Shown here in pieces: positions 12,310-22,800 of a stretch of 64,000 bases of DNA. Position numbers and translations under genes: made by a program. The notes beneath the pieces are model-generated. The model was not told where the DNA came from and searched no databases. It saw nothing but the letters and a program-made list of their open reading frames with translations. Position 1 is the first letter of the stretch, and each line of letters opens with the position of its first letter. Origin of the DNA: Betaproteobacteria bacterium (GTDB lineage Bacteria; Pseudomonadota; Gammaproteobacteria; Burkholderiales; CAIKXV01). Where the stretch lies: positions 222-64,221 of the forward strand of contig CANGXU010000004.1 in assembly GCA_947457885.1 (NCBI GenBank), in the 5' to 3' direction.

Positions 12310-13215
12310 ATGAAAGCCCCACCGTTCCGTTACCACGCGCCGCGTACGCTCGACGAAGCACTGTCGCTCGCCGCCACCCTGCCCGGCCCGCGCCTGCTGG
12401 CAGGCGGGCAATCCCTGATGCCGATGCTCAACTTCAGGCTGGTAGGCCCAGAGAACCTGATCGACCTGAACCGTGTGGCGGCGCTGTCGGGCATCCGCGA
12501 AGAGGGCGAAGACGTCGTGTTCGGCGCGATGACGCGCCAGCGGGAGATCGAATACTCGCCGCTGGTGAAGGCACGTCTGCCGCTGCTGGCAGAGGCCATC
12601 CAGTGGGTAGGCCATCGGCAGACGCGCAACCGCGGCACGATCGGCGGCAGCCTGTGCCACCTCGATCCGTCGGCAGAACAGCCGACCGTAGCGATGGCCA
12701 TGGACGCGAGCCTCGTGATCGTCAGCCCGGGCAGGCGCCGCGAACTGGCGATGCGCACGTTCGCGGTCGACCTGATGACGCCTGCGCTGGAAGACGGCGA
12801 GATCCTGACGGAAGTGCGCTTCAGGCCGTGGCCACCGGGACACGGCTGGGCCTTCCTCGAGTTCGCCCGGCGCCATGGCGATTACGCGATCGTCGCGGTC
12901 GCTGTACTGCTCGAACTGGACGCATCGGGGCGTGCCAGCCGGGTGTCGATCACACTCGGCGGCGTCGCCTCGACGCCAGTGCGCGTCCCGGACGCCGAAA
13001 CCAGGCTGCTGGGCAGCAGGGTCGGCGCGGATGACATCTCGGCGGCTGCCGCCTGCTGCGGCAGGGTCGAGGCGCTCGGCGACCCGCAGGTACCCGCCTG
13101 GTACCGGCAGAGGCTGGCAAGCACCCTCGCTGCGCGTGCGATCCCGATCGCGCTGTCGCGCAACGCGGCACATGCCGCCGCAGGATCCACCAGCGACTCA
13201 GGATTGACGTCATGA
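12310..13215 (+). CDS. Xanthine dehydrogenase/CoxM-family FAD-binding subunit
   Basis: 'LAGGQSLMPMLNFRL', 'RNRGTIGGSL', 'EFARRHGDYA'. Confidence 0.93.
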   Translation: MKAPPFRYHAPRTLDEALSLAATLPGPRLLAGGQSLMPMLNFRLVGPENLIDLNRVAALSGIREEGEDVVFGAMTRQREIEYSPLVKARLPLLAEAIQWVGHRQTRNRGTIGGSLCHLDPSAEQPTVAMAMDASLVIVSPGRRRELAMRTFAVDLMTPALEDGEILTEVRFRPWPPGHGWAFLEFARRHGDYAIVAVAVLLELDASGRASRVSITLGGVASTPVRVPDAETRLLGSRVGADDISAAAACCGRVEALGDPQVPAWYRQRLASTLAARAIPIALSRNAAHAAAGSTSDSGLTS

Positions 13216-13715
13216 GCAGCGAAGAGCCGGTCCATACCATCGCGGTGACCATCAACGGCAAGGCATACGAGCGCGCCGTTGCCGACCGGAAGAACCTTGC
13301 CGACTTCCTGCGCCAGGACCTGCAGTTGACCGGCACCCATGTCGGCTGCGAACACGGCGTCTGCGGTGCCTGTACGGTGCTCGTCGACGGTGTGTCGGCC
13401 CGCGGCTGCCTGATGCTCGCCGCACAGGCCGATGGCTGCACGATCGAGACGGTCGAATCGCTCGCCGGCGACGCGCCGGGTCCGTCCGGGCTCGGTCCGC
13501 TGCAGCAGGCGTTCCGCGACCGGCATGCGCTGCAATGCGGCTTCTGCACGCCCGGCATCCTGATGTCACTGACCGAACTGCTGCGCGATGATCCCTCACC
13601 CGACGAGGAAGCCGTACGTGTCGTGCTGTCCGGGCACCTGTGCCGCTGCACCGGCTACCAGAACATCGTGGCCGCGGCGCTCCAGGCGGTGTCGAAAGCC
13701 TGCGGAGCGCGCTGA
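13212..13715 (+). CDS. CoxS-family (2Fe-2S)-binding subunit
   Basis: 'GCEHGVCGACTV', 'QCGFCTPG', 'LCRCTGY'. Confidence 0.95.
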   Translation: MSSEEPVHTIAVTINGKAYERAVADRKNLADFLRQDLQLTGTHVGCEHGVCGACTVLVDGVSARGCLMLAAQADGCTIETVESLAGDAPGPSGLGPLQQAFRDRHALQCGFCTPGILMSLTELLRDDPSPDEEAVRVVLSGHLCRCTGYQNIVAAALQAVSKACGAR

Positions 13716-13718
13716 CTA

Positions 13719-16163
13719 ATGGACACGATCGTACCGGCCTGCCAGATCATCGAGCCGGCGACCGCTGCACCCGCCGACGGCTACACGGCGCGCCGCATGT
13801 TCGGCGCGCGCGCGCCGCGCATCGAAGACCCCGCACTGCTACGCGGCGAGGGCCGCTATCTGGATGACATCCGCATGCCGGATCCGCTGCATGCCGCCTT
13901 TCTGCGCAGTCCGCACGCACATGCCAGGGTCACGCGCCTCGACCTGTCGGGCGCCCGTGCACTGCCCGGTGTGGTCGCCGTGTTCGATGCCGACGCGATC
14001 GCGCGCGAACTGACCGGACTGCGCATGCCGCTGGGCTTCCCGTCGGCCACGCTGCAGAAGGACATCACCCCGTGGGTGCTGTCGTGCACCGAGGTGGCCT
14101 TCGTCGGCGAGGCCATGGTGATGGTGGTCGCCGAGTCGCGCGCCATCGCCGAGGACGCGCTGGCCCTGATCGAGGTCGATTTCGAACCGCTTCCGGTCGT
14201 ACACGACTGCCACCAGGCGCTCGACGACGGCTCGCCGGTCGTACGCAGCGACGCGGTGTCGAATATCGCCGAGCAGCTGCAGGTAGGGTTCGGTGAGGTC
14301 GACGCCGCGTTCGACGGCGCCGCCCATGTCTTTGCCGAGTCCCTGTTCGTGCACCGGGGCGCGGCGCATCCGATGGAAGGCCGCGGCGTGCTGGCCCGCC
14401 ACGATCCGGTCGAGGACGCGATCACCGTGTGGACTTCGACGCAGATGGCGCACGAGGTGATGCACTCGATCGCGATGATGCTCGGCATGGACCAGCATAA
14501 CGTCCGTGTGATCGCGCCGGATGTCGGCGGCGGCTTCGGCTGCAAGTACCTTACCTACCCCGAGGAAGTCGCCATCCCCGCCGCGGCGCGCTGCCTCGGC
14601 CGGCCGGTGAAGTGGGTGGAAGACCGCGCGGAGCACTTCGTCAGTGCGATCCACGAGCGCGACCAGTACTGGGACGTCGACATCGCGGTGGACGCGGACG
14701 GCCGGATCCGCGGGGTACGCGGCCGGTTGCTGCACGATCAGGGCGCGTACACGCCGCAGGGCATCAACCTGCCGTACAACGCCGCTACTTCGGTGACCGG
14801 TCCGTATCGTGTCCCGGCCTACCGGATGGATGTGATCATCTGCCAGACCAACAAGACGCCGGTGATCCCGGTGCGCGGGGCCGGCTATCCGCAGGCGGCC
14901 TTCGTGATGGAACGACTGCTCGACCGGGTCGCGCGCGAACTGTCGATCGACCGCGCAGCGTTGCGCCTGCGCAACCTGATCCCGCCGGAGAAGATGCCCT
15001 ACGACAAGGGGCTTACCAACCGGGCAGGCGTGCGTTCGATCGTCGACAGCGGCGACTACCCGGCGACGCAGGCCGCTGCGCTGGCGCGCATCGACTACGA
15101 CGGCTTCCCCGCGCGGCAGCGCGAGGCGCGCGCACGGGGCCGCCACCTCGGCCTCGGGCTGGCCAATGCCGTGAAGGCCACTTCGCGCGGCCCGTTCGAG
15201 TCGGCGGTAATCCGGGTGTCGCCGCAGGGCCGCATCGATCTCTACACCGGTGCGCTCGCGATGGGACAGGGGCTTGCGACCGCGCTGGCACAGATCGCGG
15301 CCGAGCAACTCGACGTGCCACTCGAGATGATACACGTGACCTGCGGCGACACCGGCCGCATCTCCCTCGGCATGGGTGGCTTCGCCAGCCGGCAGACCGT
15401 GATGGCGGGTTCGTCGGTCCACCTGGCGGCCATCGAGGTGCGCAACAAGGCACTGAAGGTCGGCGAACAACTGCTCGGCGTACCGATGGATGCACTGCGA
15501 CTGCGCGACGGACGCGTCGAGGTGGTCGCCACGCCGACCCGCTTCGTGACGCTCGGCGACATCGCGCGCAAGCTCAAGGGTGCGCCAGGCTACTCACTGC
15601 CGCCCGGCATCACGCCCGGCCTCGAGTCTACCGGACTGTTCCAGACCAACAGCCAGGCGCATGCCAATGCCTGCCATGCCTGCGAAGTCGAGGTCGATCC
15701 CGGCACCGGTGCGGTACGCATCCTGCGCTACGTCGCGGTGCACGACAGCGGCCGCCTGGTGAACCCGACCATGGCCGAGGGGCAGATCCACGGCGGCATC
15801 GTGCACGGCATCGGCAACGCGCTGTTCGAGAAGATGGGCTACGACGACGAGGCACAACCGGTCACGGGCACCTTTGCCGACTACCTCCTGCCGACCTCGA
15901 CCGAGATACCGCACATCGAAGTGGTGTTCCTCGAGACGCCCTCCCCGACCAACCCGATCGGCGTCAAGGGCATCGGCGAAGCGGGAACGATCCCGGTGGC
16001 CCCGGCCATCGTGTCCGCGATCGAGGACGCGCTGTCGCCCTGGAACATCCGGCTCGCCGAAGCCCCGGTATCTCCGGTACGCCTGCTCGAACTGATAGAC
16101 GCGTCGGCGAAGCCCCGACCTGCAGCCGCTCCGCTGACGCCGTGCGGTGCCAGCGGGACCTAG
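13719..16163 (+). CDS. CoxL/XdhA-family molybdopterin-binding subunit (not a form I CO dehydrogenase)
   Basis: 'RSPHAHA', 'GGGFGCK', active-site loop 'PVRGAGYPQ', 'MGQG', 'GQIHGG', 'KGIGEAG'. Confidence 0.93.
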   Translation: MDTIVPACQIIEPATAAPADGYTARRMFGARAPRIEDPALLRGEGRYLDDIRMPDPLHAAFLRSPHAHARVTRLDLSGARALPGVVAVFDADAIARELTGLRMPLGFPSATLQKDITPWVLSCTEVAFVGEAMVMVVAESRAIAEDALALIEVDFEPLPVVHDCHQALDDGSPVVRSDAVSNIAEQLQVGFGEVDAAFDGAAHVFAESLFVHRGAAHPMEGRGVLARHDPVEDAITVWTSTQMAHEVMHSIAMMLGMDQHNVRVIAPDVGGGFGCKYLTYPEEVAIPAAARCLGRPVKWVEDRAEHFVSAIHERDQYWDVDIAVDADGRIRGVRGRLLHDQGAYTPQGINLPYNAATSVTGPYRVPAYRMDVIICQTNKTPVIPVRGAGYPQAAFVMERLLDRVARELSIDRAALRLRNLIPPEKMPYDKGLTNRAGVRSIVDSGDYPATQAAALARIDYDGFPARQREARARGRHLGLGLANAVKATSRGPFESAVIRVSPQGRIDLYTGALAMGQGLATALAQIAAEQLDVPLEMIHVTCGDTGRISLGMGGFASRQTVMAGSSVHLAAIEVRNKALKVGEQLLGVPMDALRLRDGRVEVVATPTRFVTLGDIARKLKGAPGYSLPPGITPGLESTGLFQTNSQAHANACHACEVEVDPGTGAVRILRYVAVHDSGRLVNPTMAEGQIHGGIVHGIGNALFEKMGYDDEAQPVTGTFADYLLPTSTEIPHIEVVFLETPSPTNPIGVKGIGEAGTIPVAPAIVSAIEDALSPWNIRLAEAPVSPVRLLELIDASAKPRPAAAPLTPCGASGT

Positions 16164-16945
16164 CGCGCAGTGACCAGCAGGTGCCAGCTGCTTTGCACCG
16201 CCAGCCCGATCGCCATCGCCCACAGGAAGACCTTCAGCAGCTTCTTGTAGGTCTTCGCATCGATGCGGTCCTGGATCCGCCAGCCGAGCCACATCGTCAG
16301 CAGCGCCAGGGCCGTCAGCGGCAACGAAATCAGGATCGCGGTACGGTCGATCTGACCCGCAAGCGCCAGACCGGTCGTCTGCACCATGCGCGCGGTGACG
16401 AAGCACAGGTTCATCACCTGGGTCATCACCAGCATCGGCAGCCCGAGCGCCGAGAAGTAGATCAGCAGTGGCGGCAGCGCGACGTTGACCGAACCGGACA
16501 GGAAGCCACCGAGGAAACCGGCCACTGCGCCAGCGCGCCCGGGGTGCGCGCGCACCGCCGACCAGTCGACCCGGTTCAACGCCTCCTGCCTCAGGTACAC
16601 GAACAGCGCGACTGCGAGGAACAGCTTCAACCAGTCCTGGGGGGCAAAGATCAGGATCTTCGTGCCCAGCAGCGCTCCGGGCAGCGTCCAGAGAGCGACC
16701 GGCCAGTGGCGCCCGAGGCTGCTGCGCCAGTTGCCGCCGCGCAGGATGGCCACAACGCCGGTGACGATGTTCGGAACCACCGTGACGACGATAGCGGTCC
16801 GGATATCCATCAGCATCGCGAGCATCGGTGTGGCGATCACCGGAAAGCCGAAGCCGATCGCCCCCTGCAGCAGCCCGGCGAGCGCGACCACTGCGAACAC
16901 CGCAGCCCACAGTTCCAGCGAGAGTTCGACGCTCAAGGCAGACAT
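16160..16945 (-). CDS. TauE/SafE (sulfite exporter) family membrane protein
   Basis: 'AGLLQGAIGFGF' and the second repeat 'AGFLGGFLSGSVNVALPPL'; about 8 TM. Confidence 0.85.
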   Translation of the reverse strand: MSALSVELSLELWAAVFAVVALAGLLQGAIGFGFPVIATPMLAMLMDIRTAIVVTVVPNIVTGVVAILRGGNWRSSLGRHWPVALWTLPGALLGTKILIFAPQDWLKLFLAVALFVYLRQEALNRVDWSAVRAHPGRAGAVAGFLGGFLSGSVNVALPPLLIYFSALGLPMLVMTQVMNLCFVTARMVQTTGLALAGQIDRTAILISLPLTALALLTMWLGWRIQDRIDAKTYKKLLKVFLWAMAIGLAVQSSWHLLVTAR

Positions 16946-17000
16946 CCCCCGGCGCACGGCGCCGGCGCCCCGGCCATGACGGCCGGTACCTGCCGCGACT

Positions 17001-18506
17001 TCAAGCGGTGCCGCCGACCGTCAGCCCGTCGATGCGCAGCGTGGGCTGGCCGACGCCCACCGGGACACTCTGACCTTCCTTGCCGCACGAGCCAACGCCC
17101 GAATCGAGTTTCATGTCGTTACCGATCATCGTGACCCGGGTCAGTGCATCGGGTCCGTTGCCGATCAGCGTCGCTCCCTTGACCGGATGCACCAGTTTGC
17201 CGTCCTCGACCAGCCATGCCTCGGACGCCGAGAACACGAACTTGCCGCTGACGATGTCCACCTGACCACCGCCGAAGTTGACCGCGTACAGCCCGCGCTT
17301 GACCGAGCGGATGATCTCCTCGGGATCCTTGTCGCCGTTGAGCATGTAGGTGTTGGTCATGCGCGGCATCGGCAGGTGCGCGAACGACTCGCGCCGGCCG
17401 TTGCCAGTCACCGGCATGCTCATGAGGCGCGCGTTGAGCGAATCCTGGATGTAGCCCTGCAGCACGCCGTTCTCGATCAGCACGGTGCGCTGCGTCGGGT
17501 TGCCCTCGTCGTCGACGTTCAGCGAACCGCGCCGCTCGGGCAGTGTTCCGTCGTCGACCACCGTGACCCCGGGCGCGGCGACCCGTTCGCCGATGCGGCC
17601 GGTGAACGCCGAAGTGCCCTTGCGGTTGAAGTCGCCTTCCAGCCCGTGGCCGATCGCCTCGTGCAGCAGCACGCCGGGCCAGCCTGGCCCGAGCACGACC
17701 GTCATCGACCCCGCCGGTGCCGGACGCGCATCGAGGTTGAGCAACGCGGTGTCGACCGCTTCCTTTGCGTAGCGGCCGATCACCTCGTCGGTGAAGTACG
17801 AATAATCGAAGCGTCCGCCACCGCCCGAACTGCCCTGCTCGCGCCGCCCGTCCTGCTCGACGATCACCTGTACCGACATGCGCACCAGCGGGCGCACGTC
17901 GGCGCTCTGCAGGCCGTCGTGGCGGGCGATCATCACGACTTCATATTGCCCGGCCAGCGAAGCCATGACCTGGATCACGCGGGGATCGCACGCGCGCGCC
18001 GCCCGCTCGATACGCTCCAGCAGGTCGACCTTCCGGACTTCGTCCAGGCTGAGCAGCGGATCCTTCGGAGCGTACAGTTCGCGCGCCGCACCGATACGTA
18101 CCAGCGGCGCCGTCCCCTGCTGGCCAGCGCGGGCGATCGCGCGGGTCGCGGTTGCAGCCGCCTCGAGTGCCGGCAGGCTGATGTCGTCCGAATACGCGAA
18201 GGCCGTCTTCTCGCCAGTGACGGCGCGCACGCCGACGCCCTGCTCGATCGAGAAACTGCCCGACTTGACCATCCCCTCCTCGAGGCTCCAGCCCTCGGAA
18301 CGCGTGTACTGGAAATAGAGGTCTGCGTAGTCGACCTGGTGACTCAGTATGCTGCCGAACACCTTGCCCAGCGTACCGCTGTCGAGCGCGTAGGGCGCGA
18401 GCAGGCACTGGTCGGCGGTGTTCATCAACCGGTCTGCGAGGCCGCGCGGCGCGGCGGGGGAAGCGGCGGCAGGCGCCTGAGTGTTGGCGTTCATCGGTTC
18501 CTTCAT
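17001..18506 (-). CDS. tldD: Metalloprotease TldD
   Basis: 'DYADLYFQ', '[23 protein letters not shown]', 'PRMTNTYM', '[16 protein letters not shown]'. Confidence 0.97.
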   Translation of the reverse strand: MKEPMNANTQAPAAASPAAPRGLADRLMNTADQCLLAPYALDSGTLGKVFGSILSHQVDYADLYFQYTRSEGWSLEEGMVKSGSFSIEQGVGVRAVTGEKTAFAYSDDISLPALEAAATATRAIARAGQQGTAPLVRIGAARELYAPKDPLLSLDEVRKVDLLERIERAARACDPRVIQVMASLAGQYEVVMIARHDGLQSADVRPLVRMSVQVIVEQDGRREQGSSGGGGRFDYSYFTDEVIGRYAKEAVDTALLNLDARPAPAGSMTVVLGPGWPGVLLHEAIGHGLEGDFNRKGTSAFTGRIGERVAAPGVTVVDDGTLPERRGSLNVDDEGNPTQRTVLIENGVLQGYIQDSLNARLMSMPVTGNGRRESFAHLPMPRMTNTYMLNGDKDPEEIIRSVKRGLYAVNFGGGQVDIVSGKFVFSASEAWLVEDGKLVHPVKGATLIGNGPDALTRVTMIGNDMKLDSGVGSCGKEGQSVPVGVGQPTLRIDGLTVGGTA

Positions 18507-19387
18507 ACGGAATGCAGGGTGCGGTGGGTCAGCGCAGGCAGCATGCTGCGCGCTTCGCGCTGGCTGGCGGGATCGATGTCCGCCAGCACTACGCCGGGTG
18601 CCTTCGCGCGCTGCGCGAGGATGCGGCCCCAGGGGTCTATCACCATCGAATGGCCATGTGTCTCACGGCCGTTCGGATGCACGCCGCCCTGCGCAGGGGC
18701 AACGACGTAGGCGAGGTTCTCGATCGCGCGCGCGCGCAGCAGCGGCTCCCAGTGCGCGGCGCCGGTCGTCTCGGTGAATGCAGAGGGTACGAAGATCAGG
18801 TCGACGTCGCCGAATGCCCGGTACAGTTCCGGGAACCGCAGGTCGTAGCAGATCGACAGGCCGATACGACCGAACGGAGAGTCGAGGGTGACCACCCGCG
18901 AACCATGCGCGATCGTCCGTTCCTCGGAGTACTTCTCGCGCCCGTTGTCGAACCCGAAAAGGTGGATCTTGTCGTAGCGGGCAACTGCATTGCCACGGTC
19001 GTCGTAGACGAGACTTGCGTTCCAGACCTTGTCCGGATCGTCGCACGCGAGCGGCACGGAGCCGCCGATCAGCCAGACCCCGTGGCGCCGTGCGGTATCG
19101 GCGAGGAACTGCTGGATCGGTCCATCCCCGGGAATCTCGCGCGCGGCCACCTTGTCCCGATCGCGCATGCCGATGATCCCGAAGTACTCCGGCAGCCCGA
19201 CCAGCCGTGCACCGCCATCGACCGCCTCGGCGATCAGCGCGGCGCAGTCGGCGAGGTTACGTGCGACATCCGGACCGGATACCGTCTGCACCGCCGCGAC
19301 TCGGAACGGTCCGGACGGCAACTGGCGTGGCGCCGCATCGCGGCTGGCGAGCGGGGCTGGCGGGGATTCGTTCGGCATCGACTGCAT
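18503..19387 (-). CDS. Carbon-nitrogen hydrolase (Nit1/deaminated glutathione amidase-like)
   Basis: Glu-Lys-Cys triad motifs 'LPEYF', 'YDKIHLF', 'ICYDLRFPE'; 'RARAIEN'. Confidence 0.93.
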   Translation of the reverse strand: MQSMPNESPPAPLASRDAAPRQLPSGPFRVAAVQTVSGPDVARNLADCAALIAEAVDGGARLVGLPEYFGIIGMRDRDKVAAREIPGDGPIQQFLADTARRHGVWLIGGSVPLACDDPDKVWNASLVYDDRGNAVARYDKIHLFGFDNGREKYSEERTIAHGSRVVTLDSPFGRIGLSICYDLRFPELYRAFGDVDLIFVPSAFTETTGAAHWEPLLRARAIENLAYVVAPAQGGVHPNGRETHGHSMVIDPWGRILAQRAKAPGVVLADIDPASQREARSMLPALTHRTLHSV

Positions 19388-19406
19388 GACTGGCCTTCCG
19401 TTGCGT

Positions 19407-19817
19407 TCAGCGCGCCAGTTCCAGCATCATCGAGCCCCGCGGCAGCCCTTCGATGACGGCAGCCGTGGCGGGCGCAATCTCCAGCCGCCCGGGCTCGACG
19501 GCAAGTGCGACCAGCCAGTGGCGCAGTTCCTCCGCGCGCAATCCGTCATTCTGCCCGCCCGCGTGTCGAATAACCAGTGATCCGCGCGCTGTCCCGGCGA
19601 GCGCCGCGACAGCGGCGCGCACCGCTGGCAGCGTGCGGATCACGTCCGCGCTGCGCGGCCGGTCCCATACCTCATCGCCGATCGTCCACGGCCCGGATGC
19701 GTTCACCGGGATGCCGGCATTGGCTGGCGCTGGAGCGGCTGCCGGCGCGATGGCAGGCGCCAGCACGGCCATCAGGCCTGCCAGCATGACCATGAACCGG
19801 ATCGCATGCATCGACAC
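19407..19817 (-). CDS. Hypothetical exported protein
   Basis: Signal-peptide-like N-terminus; sits 4 bp after the yhdP stop and about 20 bp before nit; 'WDRPRS...IRHAGG...AEELRHWLVALAV'. Confidence 0.7.
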   Translation of the reverse strand: MSMHAIRFMVMLAGLMAVLAPAIAPAAAPAPANAGIPVNASGPWTIGDEVWDRPRSADVIRTLPAVRAAVAALAGTARGSLVIRHAGGQNDGLRAEELRHWLVALAVEPGRLEIAPATAAVIEGLPRGSMMLELAR

Positions 19818-19821
19818 CGCC

Positions 19822-22800
19822 TCAGCCCGGTGCCGGCGCAGTCGCCGGCGGTACGTTACCGGGGGAGCCTTCTGGCGCGCTGGCTGGATCCGGACGCACC
19901 GTCCGGTTGACCGCCGGCTCCGCCCAGGTGCCAGTCACCGCATAGTCGAATGTCGCCAGTTGCGCCAGCGGATCCTTGAGCACGCGCTGCACCAGGAAGC
20001 TCGCAATCCCTGCCACCGGGCCACCGAGCAACGCGCCGGCCAGGGCGAGGCTGTCGCCGAGCACCGGCGTGACCCTTACATGGAGGTTCTGCGTCTCCTT
20101 CGCGAGATTGACCTCCCCGCTCATCAGCACCCGTGCGGCCGGACCCTGGATGCGGAAGCCATCGAGCCTGCCCGCACCCCGATTGATCCGCATCGTGCCG
20201 ACGATCTCGTCGAAGGCGAAGCCCTCGCTGAACACGTCCCGGAAATCCAGTGCGATGCGACGCGGCAGGCTCTGCAGGTTGAACACGCCCAGCAGCCGGC
20301 CGACGCCCGGTTCCAGTGTGAGGAACTGGCCCTTCGACACCTCCACCAGAAGCGTGCCGCCCAGCGTGGCCACGTCCAGGTCCTGCGGACTGCCCGCCCA
20401 CGACAGCGCCCCTTCGATCCTGCCCGCCCCACCGCGCACGCCCTCGGGGTAGCCGAGGCGCGCGAGCAGCCTGCCGCTGTCGACGATGTCCAGCCGCACG
20501 TTGACCTGGGTGCGCGGCTGTGCCGTCCAGCTCTGCCAGAGCCCTTCCATCTGGAACGTCGCGTCCGGATTGAGGATGCGCAGGCGATCGATGCGCCAGT
20601 CGCGGCCCTCGGGCTGCGCCAGCAGTTCGAGCCGGCCGAGCGCCCTGTCGGCGAGCAGGAAACTGTCGACCGCAACGTCGAGGGCGGGCAGTTCGGCATC
20701 GTCGAACTTCGCCTGCTGGAGTACGGCCTGGGTCGCCTGGGCGGGCGGCAGGTTGATCTGCCGCAGTCGGGCGACCAGCCGCCCCCGTCCCTGCGACCTC
20801 CACGCCAGCTCGCCGGATACTTCCTTTGACGCGATGCTGCCGGCCCATCCGCCCGGCTGCGCCGTCGTCTTGACCGCCACATCGTTGAAACGTCGGCCGA
20901 TGACCTCGACCTGCCCGATGCGCAGATCCAGCTCAGCGAGTTCAGGGCCGCCCTTTCCGCCCACGGGCGAAGCGATTGCGGCGATGAGCGGCCGCCACGC
21001 ATCCACGCTCACCTGCCTGAGAGCGCCGCTGACCGATATGCCGCGGCGCTCCGGCACCGGTGCCGGAGCGCCGCCCAGCACCACCGAAGCCCGTTCGACC
21101 GTGGCCTGTCCGGCGTCGATCCGCCGCAGCACCTGCGCCGACAGCGCGCTGCCGAGGCTGACGGCAATCCGGTCCCGATCCGTGCCACTGACCTGCTCGA
21201 TCCGCAGCGGCAGCGTCTCGGCAGACGCCTTGCCGAAAGGGGGCGGCAGTTCGATCGCCATGCCCGCCAGCGAGGATTCGACCACCAGGTCGCCGACCTT
21301 GCGCCGGTAATTCACGGTTGCCCGCCAGTCGGTCGCGCCGCGCAAGGACTGGCCGAACACGGCCGGCAGATCGCGGCGCAGCTGTTCCGCAGTCGCTCTG
21401 CCGCTGACCCCGACGCGGACCGATCCGTCGCGCTGCGACGCGACGTTGATCACGGTGGGGCCGCCCAGCATCTGCGCTGCCGCGCCATTGACCCGAACCG
21501 CCGACTCGGTGAACTCGAGCCGTCCGTTGACCGAATCGAGCACCGGCAGGTCGCGGTCGAGCACCAGACGGTTGCCGACGAACTGGAAACTGCCCGCCAC
21601 CGTGCTGTCCACGAGGTGCCGCAGGGGCAGCACGAGCTTCAGGGAGAGCCGACCGCGTCCCTGCGCTTCCATCGAGCGGGTTGCACCGTCGAGCATCCCG
21701 TCGACCGGGCTCTGCGCGATGAAGCGCAGGAAGTCGGACGTCGCCGACTCCGCCTCGCCGACGATCTCGAGCACTTCATCCCGGTGGACGATATCGGGCA
21801 CGAACGCGCGCACCCGCTGCAGCTTCACGCCGGCGATGGTGGCGCTGCGGGGCAGTATCTCCATGCGGTTGGCCCGGAACACGAGATCGCCATCGATTCC
21901 GGTGATCTTCGGCCATCCCGCCGAATAGTCGAGATCGACGCCCTGCGCCTTCACCGTGACCAGGAACTGTCCGCGGTCGTGCCCGGGATCGCTGAACGGG
22001 AAGTCCTCGAGATTGCCCTTCAGGCGCAGGCGAACGTCTGTCGATCGTCCGGAGACCAGCGACCGCCCGAGCCACCTGCGCGTATCTTCGCCCACCACCA
22101 GAGGCATGTAGCGGGCTACCGCCGTTGCCTGCACCCGGCTGAGGGCACCGGTCAGATCGACCTGGCCCCGCTTGGACGCCCACGGCCGAATCTCGCCGGA
22201 CAGCGTGCCGGCGAGATCCGCGTTCGCGAACGAAACGGCACCGAGATCGATGGCCATGCGCTGCCCCTGCCCGCTCCAGCTCGCCTGCCCCCTGAACGTA
22301 TCGAATGCCACCGGGAGCGGAAACAGCGTCGGCAGCGCAAGGCGCAGGTCGCGCGAGTCGATGCGCAGCACGCCAGCCCGCTCGCTGCCATCGATCGAGC
22401 CAGAGACCCCGTCGATGCCCGGCCAGGTGCCCCAGGGCTCGACCGAAAGCGCGTCGAAACGCGCCCGTATCTGCCAGCCCGCCGGCGCCTGGATCGAGCC
22501 CTCCCATGCGATCGAGACGTCCGACAGGCGACCCCTTGGCGACAGGGTAGCCAGCCATTCGCGCGCCTTCGTGTCGAGCGGCAACTGGCCTGCCAGCGCA
22601 ACCCATGGCGCGATCTCGAGCGCACTGGCGGTGAGTTCGGTGCGCTCGGCGCGTCCGCCGATCGTCGCCGGAGGCATGCCGCCCGACGGCGCCGCGACGG
22701 GCTCGCGCCAGCGCAGGCGGGCAACAGTCGGCGCTGCCGCTGGGCGCCCGGGCTGGGACAGCGCGAGCTGGTTCGCGGAAACCTCGAAGCCGTCCGGGAG

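Noticed and set aside
12310-16163. Aerobic CO dehydrogenase (coxMSL)
   Set aside because: Lacks the form I AYxCSFR motif with the Cu-ligating Cys, and there are no cox accessory genes.
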